Positions 25,939 to 38,158 of a stretch of 64,000 bases of DNA are shown in pieces. A program made the translations under genes and the position numbers. Source of the stretch: Dimorphilus gyrociliatus (taxonomy: Eukaryota > Animalia > Annelida); assembly GCA_904063045.1 (NCBI GenBank), contig CAJFCJ010000002.1, forward strand, positions 4,298,179 through 4,362,178, in the 5' to 3' direction. The notes under the pieces are model-generated. The model was given only the letters and a program-made list of their open reading frames with translations. It was not told where the DNA came from and ran no database searches. Position 1 is the first letter of the stretch; each line of letters opens with the position of its first letter.

Positions 25939-25961
25939 TTCAAAATATGGCGCCGACCAAT
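25939..25961 (-). promoter_or_regulatory. CCAAT box + CDE-CHR tandem element upstream of CDCA3
   Basis: Minus strand reads ATTGG TCGGCGCC ATAT TTTGAA, 113-135 bp upstream of the CDCA3 ATG. This is the known G2/M (DREAM/MuvB) promoter architecture. Confidence 0.65.
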
Positions 25962-26527
25962 CAGCGATAACTCTGGTTGTCTAAATTGTTTTGAAAGTGA
26001 ACTGTTCTGAATAGTAAATACACTATTGCTTACTGTTGAAAGTGAACACTAAACACAATTTCGCGAGGGAAGTCATTATGTAATTCAAAACAAAATTTAA
26101 ATAAAAAAACGCAAATATATTCCATAGTACATTTAAGATTGATAGGCTTTCTAATCCTTATATTATAAATTATTCCAATAGACAACATATGATACACCAT
26201 CGAATATTGCTTACCTTTTATAAAATGATAGTAAGGAAAGCAAATGGAATTATAAACGATAACAAAGTTAAAACTTCAAATGAAATTTGAAATAACGCTC
26301 ATGAGCGATAATCGATTCAAAATATCGTTTAAGTAAAAAAAAGATCAAATGTAATCTGTATACCGATACTTATAATTAAAAAAAAAGATTTTATAAATAA
26401 AATATTTTTAAAACCTTTAAATTCTTCAAAAAAGCTAACTTCTCGTCACCTGCTGGTTCATAGCAATACCCGGTTTGGTTAAAAGTAAAATTTTCCTTCA
26501 CCCGTTTATTTCCTAAAATTATCAGCA

Positions 26528-29430
26528 ATGGCGGAAATTCTGCAACCTCATCTTTCTAAAGTACGCGTCCCTAAAGGGGGTGATAAAGTCTACAAGGATG
26601 AATGTGTTTATTCATTCGATTCCCCAGTAAGTGTTAAAAATTGAGTTCCATTCATGTTATAAATTCGTCTTGCACTGGAATTACTTACCGGTTCTGAGAA
26701 GCTGACTAGTCAAAACATTGCTTATTACAAGTCTATAATATTAATTAAAAATATTATTACTTGCTGTTTAGCAAATTTATGAACTAGAACTATGAGTTTA
26801 CAATTGTTATTTTAAGGGTTAGAATTAATTCTTTCAAAAGCACGCTATCCTGAGCTATAAAATATTTCAGCTGCTTGGATTTTTTTTCTTCTAAGATGTC
26901 TTACTTTACTTATTTTAGGAATCACCTGGAGGACTATACGTTTGTATGAACACATTTATAGGCTTGGGAAAGACCTACGTTTCAAGACATGCTGAAAGAA
27001 CTGGCAACTGTGTGTTTTTACATCTAAAAACCAAAAAGAAGAAGAAGAATGTTCGTACGGAGTCAGATGAGCCAGAGAAGAAAAAAGTTACTCGAATGGC
27101 CATAGGTGTTGAAGGTGGTTTTGACGCTAATACTGCCCAATTTGAATATGAGGAAAAACAGACTATTGTTATATTACCCTCGTGGACTGTTCTAGAATAC
27201 CCTGATGAAAACTTGCCAAATATTATTCAACGATCGGCCGTTGGTATTTTAAGCGCAGATTCTGGTTAGTATTTTTTTTATAAATTAAGCGAGGTACCAA
27301 ATTAATGATTAATTTTAATTGTGTGTTTTAGGTTCTAGAGTTGAACAATTTGCAGCTTGGGAAGAAGGTGAGCGAAAACTTTCCAGACATGCTAATGATC
27401 TCGTTCAATTGGACAATAACAAGAAAATCCCTCCTACTGGCTGGAAATGTGAGAAGTGTGATTTGACGAATAATTTATGGTTGAATTTAACTGATGGATC
27501 TGTTTTGTGTGGAAGAAAGCATTGGGATGGTACTGGAGGAAATGATCATGCTATTGAATACTTTCGAGAGACTGGATATCCTCTGTGCGTTAAATTAGGA
27601 ACTATAACTCCTAGTGGAGCTGATGTTTACTCTTACGCAGAAGATGAAATGGTTAGTCCTATTAACTCTCAATAAATAACATAATTAAACATATATTTAA
27701 TTTATTTCAGGTAATTGACCCGAAGCTCAAGGAGCATCTTGCTCATTTCGGTATTAACATGATGACATCGGAAAAAACGGAAAAATCAATGTCAGAACTG
27801 GAAATTGAGTTAAATGAACGAAGTGCAGAATGGGCTTCAATGCAGGAAACTGGATCTCAATTAGAGCCAGTTTATGGACCAGGATTTACGGGAATCCACA
27901 ACTTGGGGAATTCATGCTATATGAACGTGATACTTCAGATGCTATTTAATATACCTGATTTTTGCTCGATTTTTGCAAACAATTTTGAAATGTTTTTGAA
28001 TTCAATTGATTCAAATGCTGCGGATGATTTCACAATCCAATTTTCTAAGTTGGGAAGGGCTCTTTTAAATGGAGAATATTCAAAGAAACCTCAACCCGAA
28101 GAAGACGCAGAATTGTTGGATTTTGGTATAAAACCAAGACTTCTGAGATCAATTGTCGGACGAGGACATATTGAATTTTCGACAAAGAGACAGCAAGATG
28201 CTCATGAATTCCTACTTCATATACTTAGTTTGGTTGAAAGATCTGTTCGAGTTATTGGAGCGAATAACCCAAGTGATGCAATGAAATTTAGAGTCCAAGA
28301 AAGAGTGGAGTGCACGTTAACCAAAAAGGTAGGGCAAGAATCTTATTGTATTATTTATAAGAAAGAAAGAAAGTTGAAAAAACTCTTACTTTCCCAAAGG
28401 TACGATATACATCAAGAGATGAATACGTTTTTAGTTTACCCGTCCCTGTTGAAAGCGGTACAACAAGTTTACAATCTTGTGTCGAAGCTTGGGCTGCTCC
28501 TGAAATAGTTACTGACTTTTATTCGTCCGCAGCAAAAACGAAGACAAATGCTTTAAAATCTTCATCCCTTATTAGCTTCCCAGATTTTTTTGTCTGCCAA
28601 TTGAAACGCTTCACAGTGGCAGCAGATTGGACAGCTAAGAAGCTTGATGTTCTTGTTGATGTTCCAACAATTCTTGACCTAAGCGCATTTAAAAAGTCTG
28701 AAGGTTTAGAACCCGGTGAGGAGGAACTACCCAATGAGAGTGGTCCATCCAAGGTATTATATTAAAATCGTTTCCATTCAATAGTAATATAGCTCCTTAT
28801 CGGCAGATAACTTTGGATGAAAACATTATAGGACAATTGATGGATATGGGCTTTCCTCGTGAAGCGTGCAGACGAGCGGTATACAATACTATGAACAGTG
28901 GTGGCGCTGAAGCCGCAGCTGAATGGGCAATGCAACACGTCGGCGACCCAGACTTTTCTGATCCCTTTACCATACCGGATGGAAGCCAGAAACAAGGCTT
29001 TCAAGCAAACCCTGAATCATTGGCTTTGATTGTCAGTCTGGGCTTCACTGAAAATCAAGCTCGTGCCGCACTAAAAGCGACGGTAAGAATTTCTAAATTA
29101 CAACTTTAAGAGTTGCTTTAAGTTTTATTGCTTTAGGATAACAACGTTGAACGGGCTGCCGAATATGCTTTCTCTCACTCTGAAGAGTTAGACAGAGCTG
29201 AAGAGCCATCTTCAAGCAACCAACAGCAAGTTAAAGTAAGGGATGGACCAGGAATATACGAACTCGTAGGTTTTGTAAGCCACATGGGATCATCCACATC
29301 GGTTGGTCATTATGTTTGGCATGTTCGTAAAGACGATTCTTGGTATATATTTAACGATGAAAAAGTAGCAGTTTCTCAAAATCCCCCAAAATCGAGTGCA
29401 TATTTATACCTTTATAGACGTAAATTTTAA
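26528..29430 (+). CDS. USP5: Ubiquitin carboxyl-terminal hydrolase 5/13 (isopeptidase T), ~768 aa; exons 26528-26626, 26919-27264, 27332-27651, 27711-28328, 28400-28753, 28807-29082, 29137-29430
   Basis: '[14 protein letters not shown]'. ZnF-UBP '[26 protein letters not shown]'. Cys box '[12 protein letters not shown]'. Two UBA domains (MGFP, LGFT). His box 'GHYVWH', 'FNDEKV'. Exon sum 2307 nt. Confidence 0.97.
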
Positions 29431-29864
29431 ATTAACACTGACTATGTAATTTCGTTTTTGCTTGTTTACTATTATTAAAGTATTGAGTAAAAGTGTTAAT
29501 AAGACTGAGATTCTATCATAGACTTTCAAAGGAGTAAGTCTGATAGAATGTTATCTATGATTGAAAATCTCTCTTGTAATTCAATTATTTGTCAAGTATG
29601 AAAAAACAAAAAAAACTTGTCTTTCAAAAGTCCCATTGTTATGTTTCCATTGAGAGGAACAAACTTCTTTCAAGGTAAATATAATAATCGATCAATAAAG
29701 CTTGAATTGTTGTAACAATAAGGAACTAGTTTGTATAAAATTGAAAATTCGTTTGACTAGAAACATTTAAGAATAAGCAGTGAACAGACAGTGCATTGAA
29801 GAAAGTTATCTGCTATATCTTGCGCCATCTTTATTTTTTATAGGATAAACCTTTTTATCGGCGA

Positions 29865-32800
29865 TTATTTCCCGCGTTTCTTGCCACCTCCCCAACCACC
29901 GCTTAATTTAACTTGCTTGTTTCTCCAAGACATTTTTTCATGAGCTTTCTGATGAGGTGCCGAATTTGTTGTCTTTATTGATGGTAAAGATCCTTTTCTT
30001 GGTTCTACGAGTAACAATTTAACGATTATAACGTAGCTGTAAATTACCAACAGAGTTTACTTACTAAAATCTGTTGCGGAAAATCTTCTTGTTCCACTTA
30101 TAGTTGAATCGCCTATAGATTGTAGTTCCATGGAAATAGGACTTTCCTATAAAAATAATGAATATAATGAATTTATAGTTATAAATTCTTATTTACATAC
30201 TGTTAAATTTGATCGTCCACCAGAAAGGACTCTGTTATCAAGCTTAGGGAGATTTTCGCTCTGATTAATTCTAGAGCTAGACAATGGAACATCAAAATTC
30301 GAAATTTGTGTATGTATCCATTCGTAAGTCCTATTTTCTTTAGAAGAATTTTCCAATACTTTTGTTTTCTGTTCTTTTTCACTATTCTTTTGCACCCCTT
30401 GAAAATATTCAGTTCGTTCAACACCCTTCTTTACAGCTTGAACCGACGGCTTCTCTCCCTCAAATTTTTTAAATAGTGCCAGGCGCTGTTTGGCGTCCAA
30501 CTTACTGATTTTCTTGCGTCTTTCAGAATTATATTTCATTTTTTTCGCCCTTTCTAACATGAGAGCGGCTGTTTGAGAATTTTTGAAACCCCTGAAATAT
30601 CATTTTATTAAAAATTATCAATTGATCTGCGTTTTTTCCTATTTTGCAAAGTACATACCATTCTTGTTGTAGTTCTTCCTCCTTTTTAGACGCAAAAGTT
30701 CTTTGTGACGTTATATCAGGATCTGCTATGCGTGATGAAGCTCTCGATAGAAGTGGGGGAAGTGGAGGCTTCATTCTTGAATTATTTAGGGGTGAGGCTC
30801 TCCAAGCTTCCACTGGTATATTTGGGGGTTGATTTGAACTTTGATTGTCAGTAGTAGACAAAGGTGGAAGAACTATATCGTTTTGTCTATAACAACAAGT
30901 ATTGAATAGTATATTGATATGATAACTAAATTACTTACAAATCAGGAACATCAGATGGTCTTATCACAATATCAATTGAATCCTCGTTGAAATTAAAATC
31001 AATTTCCTCCTCTTCGTCACTCTTTTCACTTTCAGCTGTTTCTCTTACTACATCAGACTTGAGGAATAGCTGTTTTACACTATCAAGTTTCTTTCTCACT
31101 CTATAACCTCGCCATGTTTTCTGAATAAAATAAGATATCAATGGAAGATATATAAGACCTAAGAGATCAGCAAACCTGAATAAGAATTGCTGCATTGTGT
31201 TTGTAAAGATCATATTCATTATTATATTTGTATGATCTCCATGCTTGTTGTATAGTTATAGCAGCTAAGCACCTTTTAATATATGTATCAAAATCTTGTC
31301 GAGCTTTATAGCCTCTCCACAGGGCTTGAATTTTTGTGGCTGCAGCATTCTTCTTTTCCCTACAAACAAATATATTAGCTACCAAGTCAAGAAGTCAAAT
31401 AAAGATTATTAAATACACACATTTGTTTCTCATTTAGTCTTTGATTAAGATTTGATCGACCATTGGATGGCGAATCTGATGGAGGTTTCGGTACAGCGGA
31501 AAATTGTTGAAGAGATTCTTCGAATTTATTTTTTCCATAAGTGGTCATAACTTTACTCTCCAAATTTTTATCATAAACAGTTTTTTCTGTTCTATCTTCT
31601 CTTATTTGAGAGAGAACTTTTGCAATTTTATTATATCTATTATCTATTTCTTCTAACTCAGCCAAGTCCGTGTCGCTTAAACCGCTTTTTTGTTTTTCTT
31701 GATTTTCGTCAAGTGTTGTAGCTTTAGAGTTTCTTTTTCGTATTTCGTCCAATTCTCTATTTATTTTCTCCAAACGCATTTTCTCCTTGTCCGTTGGTAA
31801 TTCTTCTATAATATTCTTTTTGTCTTTGTCTGTATAACGTTCAACTTTTCCTCCTCTTTCCTCTTCTTCTGAGAGCTTCAACTTCAGAACTCTTTCTGTC
31901 TCTTGTCTTTTTTTTTCTTCTTCGTCTTGGATCTTTTTTAGATGTAATCGCTCTTGTTCTTGTATTCTCTTCTCTTCTCTTCTCTTTTCTTCCTCTTGCC
32001 TTTTCTTTTCCTCTTCTTGCTTTCTCTTTTCCTCTTCTTGCCTCTGCTTTACCTCTTCTTGTCTCTTCTTTTCCTCTTCTTGCCTCTTCTTTTCCTCTTC
32101 TTGCTTCTTCTTTTCCTCTTCTTGCTTCTTCTTTTCCTCTTCTTGCCTCTTCTTTTCCTCTTCTTGCCTCTTCTTTTCCTCTTCTTGCCTCTTCTTTTCT
32201 TCTTCTTGCCTCTTCTTTTCCTCTTCTTGCCTTTTCCTTTCTTCCTCCTTTTTTTTCATTTCTTCTTGCTTTAGTTTCTCCAATCGCAAATTTTCCTCCT
32301 CTTGCTTTTTCTTCTCTGCTTGTCGTATTTTTTCCAACCGTTCTTCTTCTTTTCGTAATTTTTCTGCTTCTTCGAGTTGTACTTTCTCCAAACGAATACG
32401 TTCTTCTTCAGCTTGCTTTTCTTTTTTCATTATCTCTGCTTCTCTCTTTCGTTCTTCAATTTCCGCTATTCGCTTCTGTTCATAATGAATGCGAGCATTA
32501 TATCTTCTTTCGTCAATAGCTTCTCCATAAAGTTTACGAGCGCTAAAAACAGTCAGATTCATGTATATTACAATTGAGGAGTGAATTTTACTTACCAGTA
32601 TCGTCTGAAGGTCGTTTGAATGCTTATGGCGGCCTTAATTTGTTGATTCTCTTTCTTCTGCTTTTCAAATTCAGCTTGTTTGTTAAATTCTTCATATTCA
32701 CTTGCTTGAACTCTGCCAAGTTGTTCTATTCTTTCCTAAATTATAATGTAACTGTACTAAAAGCAAGAGGTATTGAAAGTTTATTAAATACCTCATATTT

Positions 32801-33883
32801 TTTTTGGGATTTCATCAAACGTTCAAGCAGAGATTCATTCTCCCTTTCATTATCTTCTTCTAATTTCTGTATGAAATAGTGGATGTTAAGAATTAAATAA
32901 TAACTCTATTATACTAAATATAAAAGTACTTTATTAATTTCAACTAGATTATGCTTTTCGTCTTCTATCCATGCTCGTTTCTCTTCCCTCAGCACAGCTT
33001 TTCTCTCTTCAATTTCTTTTAACGGCTTTAAAATATTTTCTTCGACCTGTCAAAAAGACGATGATAAGAATACAAATAGTAAAAAGTTTGTTGTCAAAGT
33101 GAGCTTACTTGTTTCCTTTCCTTTTCCTTTTCTATTGCTTGTTTATTAAATTGAATGATTTTTTCTCGTAAGTCTCTCTCCATTTTTTCAATATCTGTTG
33201 CTAAAATAATTTCTCCATTGTTTTCATTAATTTCATTCTCTTCTGCAAAACATTTTTTGGATCATTAATCTTGAAATAGATATACTTTAAATAATAAACC
33301 TTTATCGTCCTTAGTTTCCTCGATAGCTGAAACTTCAGTGGCAAAAAATTGTTCTTCGCCATTATTTTCATCTCTTCTAAGTTCTGCAAGTTCCTTTTCG
33401 TCTTCTTCTTCAAGTTGCTTGATAATCTGATTGGAAATTATGTATGGAATTAAACTGGTGTAAAGGTAATTTTTTATTTTTAATCTTACATCCTTACGAC
33501 GTTTGACTTCCTCATCATCTTCTTCATCCCTATGTATCACTAGATTAAGAAAAATAATTGGTGAATATTTCATAGAAATTTTATTATTAATACTATTAAA
33601 AAATACTTTTGCAATTTGCTTCCTCCATCAATATGTCACATTCTTCCAAATCTTTTAATAAGGAATCTGATTGATCTTGGATTCTCGTAAAGTAATCATT
33701 CATTGACAGCAATATAGCATTATCCTGGAGTTTGTGATAGTTAATAATTAACTTTAACGTTTCAAAAATACTATTTCTTACATTTGTATCAGTGCAATTT
33801 TCAACAGGCCTTTCTGTCGAATAAATATCATTGTAGTCATCTTCATCTGAATCAGGATTAAATTCTTCACTTTTTTCGCTCAT
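29865..33883 (-). CDS. LRRIQ1: LRRIQ1-like IQ-motif/coiled-coil protein lacking LRRs, ~1068 aa; 14 exons (33883-33607, 33539-33490, 33426-33300, 33200-33109, 33046-32930, 32866-32792, 32735-32596, 32542-31421, 31359-31176, 31120-30939, 30886-30659, 30591-30201, 30146-30065, 30004-29865)
   Basis: IQ motifs (AAISIQTTFRRY, AATKIQALWRGY, AAITIQQAWRSY, AAILIQ|KTWRGY). C-terminal blocks 'EWGFKNSQTAALMLERAKKMK', 'QRLALFKK', 'TYEWIHTQ', 'LPKLDNRVLSGGR' match the recalled LRRIQ1 C-terminus. All 13 introns are GT-AG; sum 3207 nt, in frame. Confidence 0.82.
31985..32240 (-). repeat. Coding 21-nt tandem repeat, ~12 units, encoding (K/R)QEEEKK heptads (charged single-alpha-helix-like)
   Basis: Plus-strand unit cctcttcttttcctcttcttg repeated with few substitutions, inside the LRRIQ1 exon 32542-31421. 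Confidence 0.95.
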
Positions 33884-34938
33884 ATTTAAATCTAGTAAAA
33901 TAAAATTGGTAACTAGGGACGCCAATATCAAACAAGAAAAAACAAATGAAAAAGTATGATGTATTTAAAAATAATGAGCCTAACTTCTATTCTCATCAGA
34001 TTAGAATGAACGGCTGGATTACCTTTTATCATAATTAATCAAAACTCTCTGATAATGTATAGTTTGCTTTCTGTGTCGTCTGTTAACAACATTCCGTGGC
34101 CGCAGCCATCTTACGCAATAGTAAATTTCGTACAAAATTAATAAACTAATTTCCGATTTAGTTTAAATAATTCTAAAATATATCATGAAGATATCCTTCC
34201 TGAAAAGGAAATAAAGTTGTTTTTTTACGAAAATACGAATGAACGTCCTTGGCATTATGTAGCGGTCCCTTTTGAAAAAGCTGTTTTCCTTTAAAAAATG
34301 ATTAAATAATTCTTTCCTCCAGGAAATTTTTAAAATAAAATATATGAAATTCAAATCAGCTAGCAGACTTAAATGACAAAGAGGACAGGTTTTATATATT
34401 GCAGAGTTTATTCAGGATAAACTTAGCTATATAAAATATGATAACGTGTTTTCTAAAAGTAACAATTTCTACGCAATACTAAAAAATATAATAGAGGACA
34501 TAAGCTGGATTTATTTCGTAGATTTTTTACATTTAATTAACTATATTAACATCTTTTGAACGTAAGAAACAAATTACATACATTTGTGCAACCCAGAGAT
34601 CCTAAAAATGTTCTTCTCCTTTGATTGAAAGGCTGATCAAAATTAGTTAGTTATGAATAGTGTATTTAATAAATATGACTTGTGGGCAATGAATAATAAA
34701 TCAAGATTATTTAAATAAGAATCTGTATAAATCTCTGCTAGAAGTTTTGCAACCCAAAGAGGAGCATTGGAAGGTTTCATCTGCAAGAAATATCTTTACA
34801 GAAGATTATAGCTTAATTTGTATATAATTTTGTTTGCTGTTATAAGTAAGATTTATATTGTTTCTTAAATAGTTTTTACTTAATAACTATCTTAATAATC
34901 GAATTTCACTTTTAAAACAGAATTGAAAGTGGGCGATA

Positions 34939-36009
34939 ATGCAAGCCCTTCGACGATGTTCACACGTGCTTAAATTAATACCAACAACACGCACTTACTT
35001 AACTAATCCAAAAACACTAGAAAAGCGTAAGCCAGATGATCTATGTTATAAAACGACAATACCATCCCCAAAAATACCATTTGACAAAATTACTGTGGAA
35101 GATGCAAAGAAAATCCTTACCAATTTAACACCAGAAGAAGAGAAGCAATTAAAAATTCTGAAATTAGAATATGATGTATTCTTTTCAACTGGAGTTCGAG
35201 TTCCTAATGAAATGACCTCAGAAATGTGGTGCACAATACTTAAGAAACCATCAGTAGCTTCACGAAGAAGGATGTATAACTTTTGGTTTAAGACTGAAAA
35301 GAAAATTGAAAATGAGAAGAAGAGAAAACAAAAAAAAGCTCTGCAGCCAAAACCTGAAAAGAGTTTTAACTTCTATAATAACATATATTTTTTTGTTAGG
35401 GAGACGACTATGAATCAACATTATTACAACAATTTATGCCATGCCATGAGATTTGGACCTCCTTTACTCTTTGATATGTCATTTGAAAATAAGATGACTG
35501 ACAGAGAAGTCAAAAACTTTGTCACTCAGCTCCAATATTCTCATTCAATCAACAAGATGAATCAAGAACCATTTCATTTTTCATTTTATAACGTTTTAAG
35601 CGAAGGTAGATTCTTTAATCAAATGCACTTCTTTGGAAAAGACTTGAGTAATATACCATGGACAGTTAGTAATAACGACTTCCAGGACATATATGATAAG
35701 GAAAATCTTATTTACCTGTCGCCTAACGGAGCAAGAACAATGAAAGAATACGATCATAATGCTATATACATTATCGGAGGAATTGTCGATAGAAGTGAAG
35801 AAGTACCTTTAACGTTTGCCAAAGCCAAAAAGGAAAAGATCAGGTCCGTAAGGTTTCCTCTAGAGAGATATTTGGATTGGACACGTGGTAGCAAGAGTTT
35901 AACTATTGATCAAGTTGTAGGCATCTTACTTAGGATAAAGCAGAATAATAATAACTGGGAAGCCGCCTTTAGTGAATTTGTGCCAAAGAGGAAGACTTAT
36001 AAAGATTAA
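34939..36009 (+). CDS. TRMT10C: Mitochondrial tRNA m1G9/m1A9 methyltransferase, RNase P protein 1 (single exon, 356 aa)
   Basis: Mitochondrial-type presequence. SPOUT Trm10 motifs 'LLFDMSF', 'LIYLSPN', 'IYIIGGIVDR', 'RFPLERYLDW', 'KSLTIDQV'. Confidence 0.93.
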   Translation: MQALRRCSHVLKLIPTTRTYLTNPKTLEKRKPDDLCYKTTIPSPKIPFDKITVEDAKKILTNLTPEEEKQLKILKLEYDVFFSTGVRVPNEMTSEMWCTILKKPSVASRRRMYNFWFKTEKKIENEKKRKQKKALQPKPEKSFNFYNNIYFFVRETTMNQHYYNNLCHAMRFGPPLLFDMSFENKMTDREVKNFVTQLQYSHSINKMNQEPFHFSFYNVLSEGRFFNQMHFFGKDLSNIPWTVSNNDFQDIYDKENLIYLSPNGARTMKEYDHNAIYIIGGIVDRSEEVPLTFAKAKKEKIRSVRFPLERYLDWTRGSKSLTIDQVVGILLRIKQNNNNWEAAFSEFVPKRKTYKD

Positions 36010-36814
36010 AACTATCAAACTTTATTCCAATGTTTGTTATATTTGTATGAATAAAACCAATAAGAGAAATTCAGTTGTATTTATTGAATTTTGAAAACAA
36101 AACAGATGTTACTAGAATTTTAAGTATCAATATCACAGTTTTTTGCAAAATTGGCCAAAACGTTAAGCATTTAAACATTACGAATAGATAATATATATAT
36201 ATATATAATTAATATATATTTTTATAAATAGATCAATTAATAAATATGATGAAAAATGTAAATAATATAGAAGTATATATAGTTTTTTTACATTTCAAGA
36301 AGAATAACATACTAAAGAAAAAACTTCACTGAAACAGCAGAATTTTGGGTGATTTTACCTTATTTAATCCCATAATGACATTAACAATAACAAATGCAAC
36401 TATATAAATGTTAGATGAAAATTTTAAGCATTATTATGAATTCCATTATATATTTAAAAGTGAAATTAATTATTTAAAGGCACTTAGTTAATGAACTTGA
36501 TCACGAGCTGTTAAATTATCGCTTTCATTTTCAAGTCACCAATTGCTAAGCGTATTATGGTTTGTGAGAGAAGATAAAATAATTACTATTGTTTTAATAG
36601 AAGCAATGAGAAAAGCACAACGATCCTTTTCAAATTTTGGGTTCTTTAGCAATCCTATGACGCAAAGAAAAGTGACTTATTTCTGCATGACGTGTATACA
36701 AACGTAATTATTTTGTCATAATAAATTTGTTAAAATCCTAAAACAATAAGTTAAACTTCTGAAGTTTATCTTTTAAAGAAGAAAATTGAAAAAAAGGATA
36801 ATTTGCGAAATAAT

Positions 36815-38158
36815 TTAGGCTTGTATAACGTCACCATCTTTTCTTGCTATAGAAATAGATCTCGGTTGAAGGGCTGACATTCTTCTTGCATCATAGTCTC
36901 TTGCTTTGTTGTACAAAAGAACACCAACAGTAACGACGACAGTTCCCAAGCCCGACAAGAAAGTTACAGAATTTCCAAAAATTAAAATAGAGAGCCAGAT
37001 TAAAAAAGCTCGTTTCACGGTATTAGCAACAGAATGAGTCACGGGAGATATGTAGCTCATTAAAACATAAGCAGTTATAGATTGGAAATGAAAAAAAATG
37101 CCGTTTAAAACTAAACTAATTATCATTTTGTAGGTTAGACTATCTTCTGCTCTACCCCAATCCATGATTAAAGCACATGTGGGAATTTGTACTACTATCG
37201 ATGCTAGAGAAGTGTAGAATTGAAGTTCTGCAGGTCTGTTCAATAAAAAAGATAAACTATTACTTAGTTCTTTGAGAAATTAAAATATGTGAAGGTGCTA
37301 AAGATTATCTGTGTAATTCACATTTCTTGATGATGGAAGGGCAAATTTATCAGAATTGAACATTTCATTTAATAAATATTTGCCAGAAATATTCAATATA
37401 GACTTTATCGCCAAAGAAAAGTCCATTAACAGACAACTATATGACTTTCAAATAACGTTAAATGAATGATATTTAACTTTGAGTGAATTATGTTATGTAA
37501 AAGAAAGAGAATATTAGGGACAGGTAAAAACTTACGTATATTTAAATTTTTCACCACTAATCAACATTTTTGAATAAACGTTTTGTAGGCATTCTGTCAG
37601 ATTGGTTGCGAGAGCCGCAAAAAAGCCCTGAATGTTGAATGATAACTCATATGCAGAGCACAAAGCCAATCCCCCCATTATAGGAATGAGAGATAGTTGC
37701 ACAAAGACTCCAGTTCTTTCACCCAATATACATCTTGATATCATAACGGTAAAAATGGGAGCTGAGCTCTTTACAGTTTCAGTGAAACTGACGGCAACAT
37801 ATTTAAGAGCAACTAAACCTAATAATACGGTTATGAACCTAGTTGATCCGACAATTATCATATTCCTCCAAAAGTTTGGAGGTTTTCCCTGTCGTTTTAT
37901 TGGCTTATACATCCCCAATGGCAAATACATTTGAATAAATCCTAAACTGGTTGTCATTATCATTTGAACTGTTCCTAGAAGATATGGTTCCCCTTTTAGT
38001 GTTGTTAGAATGTACTTGTTTAGAAACAGAGTGCAAGCTGAGAAGAAATACCACAGAATCAGGAATAGCATAGGTCGAGGATGGCATAAGCCTTCCCGAA
38101 TCTCTTCAATCGGAGATTCATCAACATTTTCGTCATCTTTCTTGTGACGTTCCGACAT
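36815..38158 (-). CDS. SLC35E2: Solute carrier family 35 member E2 (TPT-type transporter), ~347 aa; exons 38158-37536, 37235-36815
   Basis: 'LWYFFSACTLFLNKYIL', 'VAVSFTETVKSSAPIFTV', 'PAELQFYTS', 'ISPVTHSVANTVKRA'. 1044 nt, in frame. Confidence 0.92.

Noticed and set aside
31954-32577. Leu/Phe-rich plus-strand ORFs that look like membrane proteins
   Set aside because: Reverse complement of the Glu/Lys-rich LRRIQ1 repeat.
33907-33920. RFX/X-box-like GGTAACTAGGGAC in the LRRIQ1 5' region
   Set aside because: Attractive for a ciliary gene but has two or more mismatches to the X-box consensus; too weak to call.
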